NCBI GenBank assembly: GCA_964373795.1
Contig: CAYJVY010000003.1
Location: 59,383 to 91,382, forward strand
Direction: 5' to 3'
DNA length: 32,000 bases
Source: an uncultured archaeon
GTDB taxonomy: Archaea; Iainarchaeota; Iainarchaeia; Iainarchaeales; DATDZZ01
The notes below the pieces were generated by a model. It was not told the origin of the DNA, searched no databases, and saw only the letters and a list, made by a program, of their open reading frames with translations. Shown in pieces: positions 1 to 8,745 of this stretch (positions are counted from its first letter, which is position 1; every line of letters begins with the position of its first letter). The translations under genes were made by a program, and so were the position numbers.

Positions 1-1
1 G

Positions 2-688
2 AAAAAGCTTTTACATGAATTCAAGAAAAAAGATTTTCCAAACTATTTTGATGAACAAAGATTCGGCTCCGGAAACTTAGCACAAATACTTGGACAACAA
101 ATTTTGAACAGCAATTTCGAAGAAGCTGTGAAGATATTTTTAACAACTGCCTCTGAAAAGGATTCTGAGATTTCTAAAAACTTGAAGAAGATTATTTTAC
201 TTAATTGGAGTAATTGGAAAAAAATTTTGCAGGAAATTCCTATTGATTTTTCAAATAAACGGAAAGTGTTTGAGTTTTTACTTGTTAATTCAAAAGACTT
301 TGAAAAAGCTTTTTGTTTTTTGAATCAAAATTTGTTGAAAAGATTTTTGAAGCAGTTTCAAAGTTTTCAATTTAATCAAGAGTTAAAAAATCAAATTTTG
401 AAAAATAACTCTAAACAAAAATTTATTCAAATTTTGGAGGAAAAATTTCCACTGCTTGTTTCAAGGAAATCCATTAAACGATTTTTATTTGTTTCTGGGT
501 TTAAGGATTTTAAAGTAGTTGTTCTAAAAAGAAATACTTGTTTTAAAGTTCAAAAATTAAAATTATTGAATGTTTCAAACGATGAATTGTTTTCTGAAAA
601 GAAAAAAGCAATTATTTCTTTTGTTTTGAAAAAGGGTTGTTATGCTACTGTTTTTTTGAAATGCCTTCAAGCTTTTTTTGGTGAGTGA
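2..688 (+). CDS. truD: tRNA pseudouridine synthase TruD/Pus7 family, C-terminal part (5' end lies outside the window)
   Basis: The reading frame is open from the window edge and is in frame with the listed 104..688 ORF. KKDFPNYFDEQRFGSGN matches the TruD/Pus7 NYFxxQRFG motif. The C-terminal GCYATVFLKCL resembles the family tail. Confidence 0.8.
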   Translation, partial: KKLLHEFKKKDFPNYFDEQRFGSGNLAQILGQQILNSNFEEAVKIFLTTASEKDSEISKNLKKIILLNWSNWKKILQEIPIDFSNKRKVFEFLLVNSKDFEKAFCFLNQNLLKRFLKQFQSFQFNQELKNQILKNNSKQKFIQILEEKFPLLVSRKSIKRFLFVSGFKDFKVVVLKRNTCFKVQKLKLLNVSNDELFSEKKKAIISFVLKKGCYATVFLKCLQAFFGE

Positions 689-748
689 AAACTTATTTAA
701 ATCATTATTGGACTCAAATTGATTATAACAATTTGTTGAAGGGGTTCA

Positions 749-973
749 TTGCTTAAACGAATTAATTTTAGGAGTAGATTGTCAAATACTAGACTGTATT
801 TTTCTAAAGTTAAAGAAAAAGTCGGTGAGAAAAAAAGAAAAGCAATAAATAGCGCTCGTGATACAACTCTTACATTGGCTTTTTTTGCAGGAGTAATTGG
901 ATCTCTAATTGGCATGTTTTTTCAAGAAGGTAAAAGATCTATTGCTAGTAGATTTAAACGCAAAAAGAAGTAA
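749..973 (+). CDS. Hypothetical small membrane protein (one hydrophobic helix, basic C-terminal tail)
   Basis: 74-codon ORF with a TTG start. T-ending codon usage matches neighbouring plus-strand genes. TLTLAFFAGVIGSLIGMFF is a TM-like segment followed by RFKRKKK. No family recognised. Confidence 0.25.
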   Translation: MLKRINFRSRLSNTRLYFSKVKEKVGEKKRKAINSARDTTLTLAFFAGVIGSLIGMFFQEGKRSIASRFKRKKK

Positions 974-982
974 TTTTTTTGG

Positions 983-3388
983 ATGATCGAAATGGAAGCA
1001 GCTTTAAAAGAAAATAAATGGTTGAAGGAATTGGAGAAACCAATTATTGAGGCTTGGAAGAAAGAAGAAACATATAAGATTGACTTGAATTCTAAGAAAA
1101 AATTGTTTTCAATTGATACTCCTCCACCTTATGTTAATACTCCTATTCACATTGGGCATGCAACGACTTATGTGTTAATGGATATGTTTGCGCGTTTTAG
1201 GAGAATGAAGGAATTTGAAGTATTGTTTCCTTTAGGGCTTGACAGGAATGGTTTGCCTATAGAGATTGCAGCTGAAAAAAAATTTAATGTAAATTTTTCC
1301 CAGCTTTCAAGGGAAAAAATTTTGGAATATTGTGAAAAACTTTTATCAGAGTCTTCAACTGAATCAATTGATTCTTTTTTGAATTTAGGAATTGGATTTA
1401 ATTCTTACACTATTGGCACAAATTTAGGGCAAGTTTATTTAACTGATTCAGATGACTATCGAGCTTTAACTCAGGGAACTTTTATTGATTTGTGGAATAA
1501 AGGATTAATTTACGAAGACGAAAGAATTAACAATTACTGTCCTGGTTGTAGGACAACTATTGCTGATGCAGAAATTGATTATAAAGAAATTTCTTCACAG
1601 TTTTCAGATGTCATATTCAAATGCAAGGAAACAGGCGAAGATTTAATTATTGGCACTACTAGGCCTGAATTAATTCCTTCAATTGCAATGGTTATTTTTC
1701 ATCCAGAAGATGAAAGATATAAAAAATTAGAGGGAAAAACAGCTATTACTCCTTTGTTTGGAATTGAGGTTCCAATTAAGGCTCATCCTTTTGCAAAAAT
1801 GGATAAAGGAACTGGACTAGTAATGATGTGTTCAGCTGGAGACACAACTGATATATGGTTTTTTCGAGAGCAAGGATTGAAAATAATTATTTCCATAAAC
1901 CAAGATGGTTTAATGAATAAAAATGCTGGTTTCTTGGAAGGATTGAAAGTAAAAGATGCCCGCAAGAAAATGATTGAATTATTGCGAGAAAAAGGATTGA
2001 TTGTAAAGGAAACAAAAATTTTGCATAGAACTCCTGTTTGTGAAAGGTCAAATGACGAAATTGAATTCATTGCAATGAAAGAGTTTTACGTTAAACAAGT
2101 TGAATTCAAGGACAAAATGCGTGAGCTTGCTCGCGAGTTGAATTTTTTTGCAGATTCTTCTAGACAGATTTTACTTGATTGGATTGATTCAGTGACAATT
2201 GATTGGCCGATTTCTAGAAGAAGGTATTATGCAACTGAAGTACCTTTATGGTATTGTAAAAACCAGAAATGCAAGCAAATAATTCTTCCACCAAAAGGAA
2301 AGTATTTCAAGCCTTGGAAGGAAAAACCTCCAATAAAGGAGTGCCCTAAATGTAAAGGAAAAGAATTTGAAGGCGAGACAAGGGTTTTTGATACATGGTT
2401 TGATTCATCAATCTCCCCGCTTTATATCCTTGGATATGAAAGGTTTCCGGAGTTTTTTAAAAAACATTTTCAATGCAGTTTAAGGCCTCAAGGAAAAGAA
2501 ATTGTTCGAACATGGCTTTATTACACTGTTTTAAAGGATTTCTTGTTAACTGGAAAAGTGATTTTCAAAGACGTGTGGATTAATTATCATATTGTTGATG
2601 AAAAAGGAATTAAAATGTCAAAGCGTTTAGGAAACGTAATAGATCCACACAAAGTATTGGAAAAATTTGGAGCAGAACCTTTCAGATTATGGTGTGCAGT
2701 TGAAGGAAGTTTAGAGAAAACTGATTTACGTTGTTCTTTTGAAAGAATTGAAGGAGCAGGAAAAACTTTAGTAAAGCTTTGGAATGTTGCAAGATATGTT
2801 TCGCTTTTTTCAGAGCCAAAAACAAAGCCAAAAAAACTTAATTCATTAGATGAATGGATTTTATCAGAGTTGAATGAATTAATTTCTTTTTCCGAGGAAA
2901 GATTTTTTTCATACGATTTTCATAATCCTGCAATTCGTTTAAGGCATTTTATTTGGGAAACATTTGCATCACATTATTTAGAGTTAGTTAAAACTCGTGC
3001 ATACAATTCTGAAAACAAGTTCAGCAAAGAAGAACAAGACTCAGCTTTATTTACTTTACATTATTGTTTGAAAAATTTGTTGAAATTACTTGCTCCAATT
3101 ATTCCTTTAATGACTTTCAAAATATTTAAAGAATTATATAAAAAAGATGTGCATTTTGAAGAATTTCCTAAACCAGAGTTTTCTTTCAAGCAAGAGTTTT
3201 CAACTCAAGAATTAAGTGAATTAAATTCCTTGATTTGGAAAATAAAAAAAGATGCAGGAAAAAGCTTGAAAGAAAAAATTTCTCAAGCAATTGTGCATGA
3301 AAAATTCAAATCACTTGAAAAAGATTTAATTGTAACTCACAACATTGAAAAACTTTTATTTGCAGATAAAACTGAAATAAAACTTTAA
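983..3388 (+). CDS. valS: Valyl-tRNA synthetase (class I aaRS)
   Basis: HIGH motif (PPPYVNTPIHIGHATTY) and KMSKS motif (KMSKRLGN). Editing-domain signature GTTRPELIPSIAMVIFHPEDERY is typical of ValRS. ISRRRYYATEVPLWYC and zinc-knuckle CxxC pairs are present. The 801-aa length is typical of archaeal ValRS. Confidence 0.85.
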   Translation: MIEMEAALKENKWLKELEKPIIEAWKKEETYKIDLNSKKKLFSIDTPPPYVNTPIHIGHATTYVLMDMFARFRRMKEFEVLFPLGLDRNGLPIEIAAEKKFNVNFSQLSREKILEYCEKLLSESSTESIDSFLNLGIGFNSYTIGTNLGQVYLTDSDDYRALTQGTFIDLWNKGLIYEDERINNYCPGCRTTIADAEIDYKEISSQFSDVIFKCKETGEDLIIGTTRPELIPSIAMVIFHPEDERYKKLEGKTAITPLFGIEVPIKAHPFAKMDKGTGLVMMCSAGDTTDIWFFREQGLKIIISINQDGLMNKNAGFLEGLKVKDARKKMIELLREKGLIVKETKILHRTPVCERSNDEIEFIAMKEFYVKQVEFKDKMRELARELNFFADSSRQILLDWIDSVTIDWPISRRRYYATEVPLWYCKNQKCKQIILPPKGKYFKPWKEKPPIKECPKCKGKEFEGETRVFDTWFDSSISPLYILGYERFPEFFKKHFQCSLRPQGKEIVRTWLYYTVLKDFLLTGKVIFKDVWINYHIVDEKGIKMSKRLGNVIDPHKVLEKFGAEPFRLWCAVEGSLEKTDLRCSFERIEGAGKTLVKLWNVARYVSLFSEPKTKPKKLNSLDEWILSELNELISFSEERFFSYDFHNPAIRLRHFIWETFASHYLELVKTRAYNSENKFSKEEQDSALFTLHYCLKNLLKLLAPIIPLMTFKIFKELYKKDVHFEEFPKPEFSFKQEFSTQELSELNSLIWKIKKDAGKSLKEKISQAIVHEKFKSLEKDLIVTHNIEKLLFADKTEIKL

Positions 3389-3432
3389 TGCTTTTAGTAA
3401 GTTTTTTATAGTTCAATGCATTTTAATTATGC

Positions 3433-3969
3433 ATGAAATTGCTTGTGTTTTCATTTCTTTTAATTTTTTTAGGCGGCTGTATTTTGCCTTTAACCTTTGA
3501 TTCTGGATTGGAAAGAGTTTCATCTATTGGAGAAAAATTTGAAGTAAAAGAAGGATTTGTCGTTCCGCCAAAAAAAGAAAACCTTGAACCATATGCAAGT
3601 GAATTAAAGGCTTTCAAAAAAGAATTGGAAGGAAATTCTTCTGAAGAAGCAAAAGCATTAAAGTTATTAGTTAATGGAAGACTGGCTTTAGTTGAATCTC
3701 AAAAAGAGTTTTTAAATGCTTTAGAAAACCAGCAAATTGCAATTTCAAAAGATGAATTTGATTGTTCAAAAGAATATGGAAAAGCATTCAAAGGATTTCA
3801 AACAGCAATTGCTAGTGCAGAAGAAGCAGTTGATGAATTAAATCAACTTGAATTAAAAACAGATTTTGCAGTAAAAATAACTGGAAAAGATGGGTATAAT
3901 TTGAGTTCAACTGCTTTGACTTTTTTAGAAACTTTAAAGCCTTATTCTGAAATAACTCCTTCTTGCTAG
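3433..3969 (+). CDS. Secreted lipoprotein-like hypothetical protein
   Basis: N-terminal signal peptide ends in the lipobox-like FLGGC. The remainder is helical and charged. No family recognised. Confidence 0.55.
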   Translation: MKLLVFSFLLIFLGGCILPLTFDSGLERVSSIGEKFEVKEGFVVPPKKENLEPYASELKAFKKELEGNSSEEAKALKLLVNGRLALVESQKEFLNALENQQIAISKDEFDCSKEYGKAFKGFQTAIASAEEAVDELNQLELKTDFAVKITGKDGYNLSSTALTFLETLKPYSEITPSC

Positions 3970-4009
3970 TTTTGATATTCTTTTATTCATTTCTTTTCCT
4001 AAGCCTTTA

Positions 4010-4627
4010 ATGCAAGACTTAATTTTAATTAAAAAAGGTGCTGAAGCAGAATTATTTAAGTCAGAGTTTTTAGGAAAAAAAGTTTTAATCAAAAAAAGGG
4101 TTTCAAAAAAGTATAGAAGAAAAGAATTAGATGAAAAGATTAGAATTGAAAGAAATAAACGAGAAGCAGTTTTATTACATAAAGCTAAAATAATTGGAGT
4201 TCGAACGCCAATTGTTTATAGAATTGACTCTGAAAAAAAAGAACTAGTAATGGAGTTCATTGAAGGCAATAGATTAAAGGATGAATTAAATGAAAAAAAC
4301 TTGAATTATTGTTTTGAGTTTGGAAAAATTGTTGCAAAACTGCATAACGCAAACATTATTCATGGAGATTTAACTACTTCAAATATGCTTGTTCAAAACT
4401 CAGGTTCTTCGCAACTTGTTTTAATTGATTTTGGCTTGGCTTTTGAGTCAAATAAATTAGAGGATAAAGCAGTTGATTTATTGAATTTAAAGAAAACTTT
4501 TCTTGCAACTCATTTTAATTTAATGATTGGTTGGGACAAGTTTTTAGATGCTTATAAAAAAGAAACAGGTTTTAATTCAATTGAATCAAAGTTAGATGAA
4601 ATAGAAAAAAGAGCTAGATATCATTAG
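4010..4627 (+). CDS. bud32: KEOPS complex kinase Bud32 (Kae1-associated RIO-type kinase)
   Basis: Small 205-aa kinase fold. It has GAEAELFK, the catalytic loop IIHGDLTTSNMLV and the DFG-like LIDFGLA. The length and order of motifs are typical of archaeal Bud32. Confidence 0.85.
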   Translation: MQDLILIKKGAEAELFKSEFLGKKVLIKKRVSKKYRRKELDEKIRIERNKREAVLLHKAKIIGVRTPIVYRIDSEKKELVMEFIEGNRLKDELNEKNLNYCFEFGKIVAKLHNANIIHGDLTTSNMLVQNSGSSQLVLIDFGLAFESNKLEDKAVDLLNLKKTFLATHFNLMIGWDKFLDAYKKETGFNSIESKLDEIEKRARYH

Positions 4628-4630
4628 TGT

Positions 4631-6574
4631 TTGAGGGATTACTTGAAAAAAATTTTATTTATTTTAATTCTTTTCTCACTATTTTTTTTACTTGGCTGTA
4701 TTCTTCCTAAAATAAAAAACGATGTAAAAGTTGATCCTCTCCCGAAAATTGATAACCATATTTCAAAGGTCTTATTAAATTCTTGTGGAAATAACATTTG
4801 TGATTCTGAGGAAAATAAAATTACTTGTCCTCAAGATTGTTTAATTAAAAAAAATAAAACTGAGAAGTGTAATTATAATAATTTGTGTGAAGGATTTGAA
4901 GGGCAAAGCTGCAGTGACTGCCAATGTTTAAACGGAGTTGTATGCAATGGATTGTGTTTCAATAATTTGAATTCAAGTGAATGCTTTGAAGGGGTTTTAT
5001 TTAACTCTGAATTTATTGGAGAAAATTCTTGTAAAACTTTAAGTGAATGCCCTAAAGAAAAGCCTTGCAAGGTTCCAGGGGAATGTGAGTCTTTTAATTT
5101 GCCTTTAAAGGTTTCATTTAATTTGCCTCAATTTTTGGAACTAGGGCAAGAAACTAAAGGGAAAATTATTTTTTATAATACTTTTGATTCTGTTTTAAAG
5201 CAAAAAATTAGAATATCCTTATATGATTTGCAGGTAAAAGATTTGCATGGAAAAGATTTTAATTTATTGAATGAAGTTACTGTTAACGCAAACGATTCAC
5301 TTGAATTTGATGTAATTGTTGTTCCATTAAAATTAAGTGATTCTGTTGGATTTGATTCATTGGATAAAGTAATCATGAATATTGAATTAGAGTCTTCTCA
5401 AGGAGAGGAATTTAATTCTCCTTTTCGTTTTAATGCATTTGTTTTTGATAAAAAAACTGCCTTGAAGTGTGGAGAAAATTATTGGAATTTTTCAGGAGTG
5501 TGCGTTGGAGAAATATTTTTTCCTTCAGCTAATTGTTCTTTTGGAAAGAACTGCATTGATAAAGAAAGTTTTTGGGATTTTAACAAGAGAGATGTTTTAG
5601 CTAACGGAAAAAAATCTGTTGCAATTCTTTCATTAAACCTGCCTTTGGAGTCAAAAAATAATCTTTCAACTTCAAGTATTAATTTATTGTTTGAAGATGT
5701 TAATAATTGGTTTGAAAGAGAAGCAATTAGATATACAAAGCAAAAAATGCTTTCATTTGAACCAAAATTTTTTGGAAACTTTGAATTGTCTTTAAATGAA
5801 AACTCTTTTGAATGGGGTGCAAGAAACTTTTTACAAGAAAAACTTAAAATTGATTTAAACAAATTTGATTTTGTTTTAATTGTTTTGCCTTCTCTTCCTA
5901 AAACCGATTTAGGAGAAGCTGCAGGTTATTATTATGGAAATGGAGACATACTATTGTTAGATTCAGCTGCTTTGAATGAAGAAACCGTTGTTCATGAATT
6001 AACTCATGGATTTGGTTGCAAGGATTTGTATGAAAAAAAGTTTTTATGTAATTATCATTGGAATAGATCTCTTTTATGTGCAGGAGCTTGGATTGCAGGA
6101 GACCTTCTTTCAACTAGTGAATCAAGTACTCAGTATTTGAGTGACAGAGTTTTAGGAAACTGTGCTGCTGAAATTGGTTGGAGTGATGTAGACAACGATG
6201 AAATAATTGATTTAGTGGATGAAAATATTTCAACTGTTATTCCAAATGAATTTACTGGAATTGCTTTCAAGGATTTAAATTACTTTGTAACGCAAGAAGA
6301 ATTTTATTTCTTGTATGAAAATTATAACTATGGGATGGGGCCTGGAACACTAGCTATTTTAGGAAAACTAGTTGATTCTACAACTAATTCTCTTATTGCT
6401 GGAAAGGTTTCAGTAAAGGATTTGAATTCAATGCAAGGAGACTTTAAATGCTTGGATGAAGATATTGATGGAATTTTTTTCTGTAGAATTAGCCCTGAAT
6501 TTGTTTCAAATACAATTACTTTGCAAGCAGAATTTGAAGGGTTTAAAACAGAACAAGTAATTCAATTAAAGTAA
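4631..6574 (+). CDS. Secreted, cysteine-rich lipoprotein-like putative zinc metalloprotease
   Basis: Signal peptide with the lipobox-like LLGC. The start is TTG at 4631 or the in-frame TTG at 4643, which gives MKKILF. The N-terminal region is Cys-rich (CGNNICDSEENKITCPQDC). HExxH motif in VVHELTHGFGC. Confidence 0.6.
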   Translation: MRDYLKKILFILILFSLFFLLGCILPKIKNDVKVDPLPKIDNHISKVLLNSCGNNICDSEENKITCPQDCLIKKNKTEKCNYNNLCEGFEGQSCSDCQCLNGVVCNGLCFNNLNSSECFEGVLFNSEFIGENSCKTLSECPKEKPCKVPGECESFNLPLKVSFNLPQFLELGQETKGKIIFYNTFDSVLKQKIRISLYDLQVKDLHGKDFNLLNEVTVNANDSLEFDVIVVPLKLSDSVGFDSLDKVIMNIELESSQGEEFNSPFRFNAFVFDKKTALKCGENYWNFSGVCVGEIFFPSANCSFGKNCIDKESFWDFNKRDVLANGKKSVAILSLNLPLESKNNLSTSSINLLFEDVNNWFEREAIRYTKQKMLSFEPKFFGNFELSLNENSFEWGARNFLQEKLKIDLNKFDFVLIVLPSLPKTDLGEAAGYYYGNGDILLLDSAALNEETVVHELTHGFGCKDLYEKKFLCNYHWNRSLLCAGAWIAGDLLSTSESSTQYLSDRVLGNCAAEIGWSDVDNDEIIDLVDENISTVIPNEFTGIAFKDLNYFVTQEEFYFLYENYNYGMGPGTLAILGKLVDSTTNSLIAGKVSVKDLNSMQGDFKCLDEDIDGIFFCRISPEFVSNTITLQAEFEGFKTEQVIQLK

Positions 6575-6583
6575 TTTTTTTTT
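6575..6583 (+). terminator. Oligo-T tract (T9) immediately after the stop codon, a candidate archaeal intrinsic terminator
   Basis: TAA at 6572-6574 is followed directly by nine T residues. Archaeal RNA polymerase terminates at oligo-T runs. Confidence 0.35.
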
Positions 6584-6748
6584 AACAGAAATGTGCGGGA
6601 AAGCTATTTAAACATTTCTTTAGCAAAATAAATTAATCTAATAGTTTTTGTTTTGCGTTTTTAACTCGATGCGATTGAAAACGCGCCCAAAGATTTAGTG
6701 CTGTCCTCGAAACAGTACTTTTGAAGGTTTTTTTTACAAGTGATTTTA

Positions 6749-7204
6749 ATGGCTAAAATGCATTCAAGAAGTAAAGGTAAAAGTAAGTCAACTCGTCCAG
6801 TGAGTAAAACTGTTCCTGAATGGGTTGAATTAAAGCCAAGAGAAGTAATTGAATTAATTATCTCTTTTAATAATCAAGGTTTAACTCCTGCAGAAATTGG
6901 AACTCTTTTAAGAGACCAATATGGAGTGCCGAACGTTAAATCTTTAACTGGAAAAAAGATTGAACAAATTCTTCAAGAAAATGGAGTTATTCAAGACTTT
7001 CCAAGAGATTTATTGAATTTAATTAAGAGAAGCGTTAACTTGCAAAAACACATGAATGAAAATAAAAAAGATTTTTCTGCTAAAAGGGGTTATCAACTAA
7101 CTGTTTCAAAAATTAGAAGACTTGCAAATTATTATCAAAAAAATGGAAAACTTTCCAAGGAATGGAGTTATACTCCTGAAACAGCAGCATTATTAGTGAA
7201 GTAG
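6749..7204 (+). CDS. rps15: 30S ribosomal protein S15 (uS15, S15P/S13e)
   Basis: MAKMHSRSKGKSKSTRP...PEWV...LTPAEIGTLLRDQYGVPNVK is the classic archaeal S15P/S13e N-terminus. ATG at 6749 is preferred over the listed GTG at 6740. Confidence 0.93.
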   Translation: MAKMHSRSKGKSKSTRPVSKTVPEWVELKPREVIELIISFNNQGLTPAEIGTLLRDQYGVPNVKSLTGKKIEQILQENGVIQDFPRDLLNLIKRSVNLQKHMNENKKDFSAKRGYQLTVSKIRRLANYYQKNGKLSKEWSYTPETAALLVK

Positions 7205-7217
7205 TGAAGTGTATTTA

Positions 7218-7331
7218 ATGCAATATGAATTTGAATTAAAAAAGTTGAAGAAAGTAATTAAAGAAAAAGGTGAAATGGATTTAGAAAATCTGTTGAAAAA
7301 ATTAGATGAATTAATTGTTGAGGGAAATTAA
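7218..7331 (+). CDS. Possible 37-aa helical micro-protein between rps15 and rps3ae
   Basis: ATG-initiated ORF encoding MQYEFELKKLKKVIKEKGEMDLENLLKKLDELIVEGN. Its TAA stop overlaps the ATG of rps3ae by one base (TAATG). It is too short to appear in the ORF track. Confidence 0.25.
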   Translation: MQYEFELKKLKKVIKEKGEMDLENLLKKLDELIVEGN

Positions 7332-7912
7332 TGGCTGAAGAAGTAAAAAAGCGTTCAAAGGATAAATGGAAGAAAAAGAAATGGTTTGAAGTTTTTTCAC
7401 CTGATTTATTGGATAAAAAAAAGATTGCTGATACCATTGCCGAAAAACCTGAGCAATTAATTGGAAGAAATATTTTAGTGAGCGTTAGAGATTTAAGTAG
7501 TCAAGCAAAAAAAGTCCATATTTTGTTGAGATTTAAAATTAATAACGTTCAAGGATTAAAGGCTTATACTGCTTTAGTTGGCCATGAAGTTATTGGAAGT
7601 TATTTGAAGAGATTTGTTAGAAGAAACGCAAGTAAAATTCAATTAGTGCAAACGGTTTCAACAAAGGATACTAAAAAAGCTAATGTAACCTCTGTTGTAA
7701 TTTGTCAGAGGAAAATTTCAAAAGACAAGGAAACAGCTATTAGAAAAATCGTGGAAGAAGAAATTGATTCAAAGGCAAAAAAACTTAATTTTGATGAATT
7801 AGTTCAAGACTTTGTTTTTGGAGGTATTCCTGGAAATATTTTTAATGCAGCTAAAAAAGTTGCTTTAATTAAAAGAGTGGAAATAATTAAATCTCGTCCT
7901 TTAAGTGAATAG
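7331..7912 (+). CDS. rps3ae: 30S ribosomal protein S3Ae (eS1)
   Basis: KDKWKKKKWFEVFSPDLL..., the internal LVGHEV and the 193-aa length match the archaeal S3Ae family. Confidence 0.9.
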   Translation: MAEEVKKRSKDKWKKKKWFEVFSPDLLDKKKIADTIAEKPEQLIGRNILVSVRDLSSQAKKVHILLRFKINNVQGLKAYTALVGHEVIGSYLKRFVRRNASKIQLVQTVSTKDTKKANVTSVVICQRKISKDKETAIRKIVEEEIDSKAKKLNFDELVQDFVFGGIPGNIFNAAKKVALIKRVEIIKSRPLSE

Positions 7913-7915
7913 GTA

Positions 7916-8626
7916 ATGCCTTTAATTGAAAATTTTTTTATAGAAAATTTAATTATAGTATTAATTCTATTAACTTTTTCACTAATTTCTTATTGGAAGC
8001 AATTACTTGACTTAGAAGGAATTCTTTTAGGATTAATTGTTGGAGTAATAACCTATGTTTTAGGAGGCTTTTACTCCTTTATTGCAATAGTTGTATTCTT
8101 TATTGTAGCCGAATCCTCTACAAAGATTGCAAGAAAAATTAAAGTAAATGGAAAACCTCATGAAAGAAGAAACATTGAAAATATTTTAGGAAACTCTGGA
8201 GCAGCATTACTTTCACTTGCATTGATTTCAGTTTCTCCAAACATTGCTTTTTTTGGATCAATTGCAGCAGCTTTAAGTGACACTATTTCAGGAGAAATTG
8301 GCATGCTTTCCAAGTCAAAACCTAGAATGATTACTTCATTTAAAGAAGTTGAACCAGGAACAAATGGAGCAATTTCTTTGCTTGGATTGATTGCAGGCCT
8401 TATGGGAGCTGCATTAATTGCATTAATTTATTTCCTTGCTTCAAACAATTTGCTTTACGCTTTTTATGTATTCATTGCAGGTTTTATTGGATCATTAACT
8501 GATTCATTTTTAGGAGCAACTCTTGAAAAAAAAGATTTATTGAATAATACTTCAGTTAATTTTTTGGCTTCAGCTTTTGGAGCAATACTTGCGTTAGCAT
8601 TATTTTTATTTTTCAAACCGTTTTAA
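7916..8626 (+). CDS. DUF92/TMEM19-family integral membrane protein (the family of plant VTE6 phytyl-phosphate kinase)
   Basis: Polytopic membrane protein with the repeated family motifs AAALSDTISGEIG and GSLTDSFLGATLE. Confidence 0.6.
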   Translation: MPLIENFFIENLIIVLILLTFSLISYWKQLLDLEGILLGLIVGVITYVLGGFYSFIAIVVFFIVAESSTKIARKIKVNGKPHERRNIENILGNSGAALLSLALISVSPNIAFFGSIAAALSDTISGEIGMLSKSKPRMITSFKEVEPGTNGAISLLGLIAGLMGAALIALIYFLASNNLLYAFYVFIAGFIGSLTDSFLGATLEKKDLLNNTSVNFLASAFGAILALALFLFFKPF

Positions 8627-8699
8627 GAAATCATTGTCCGCGACATAAATATTTTTGATGATATTTTTCTGCTTTTCAAAAAGTTTTTGCTGCTTCGGA

Positions 8700-8708
8700 T
8701 TTTTTTTT
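8700..8708 (+). terminator. Oligo-T tract (T9) in a convergent intergenic region, a candidate terminator for the DUF92 gene
   Basis: Nine consecutive T residues lie about 74 nt downstream of the stop at 8626. Confidence 0.3.
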
Positions 8709-8745
8709 ACTTTCTAAGCCATGCTTTCACTTTAAATTTTGAGTT

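Noticed and set aside
697-915. 72-codon minus-strand ORF overlapping the 749..973 plus-strand ORF.
   Set aside because: It has no recognisable features. The plus-strand alternative has neighbour-like codon usage and a plausible TM-plus-basic-tail design. Neither ORF is well supported.
8627-8745. TTGATGA at about 8655-8661, considered as a C box of a C/D sRNA in the convergent intergenic region.
   Set aside because: No matching CUGA D box or C'/D' pair occurs at the expected spacing. The region is better explained as terminator T-runs.
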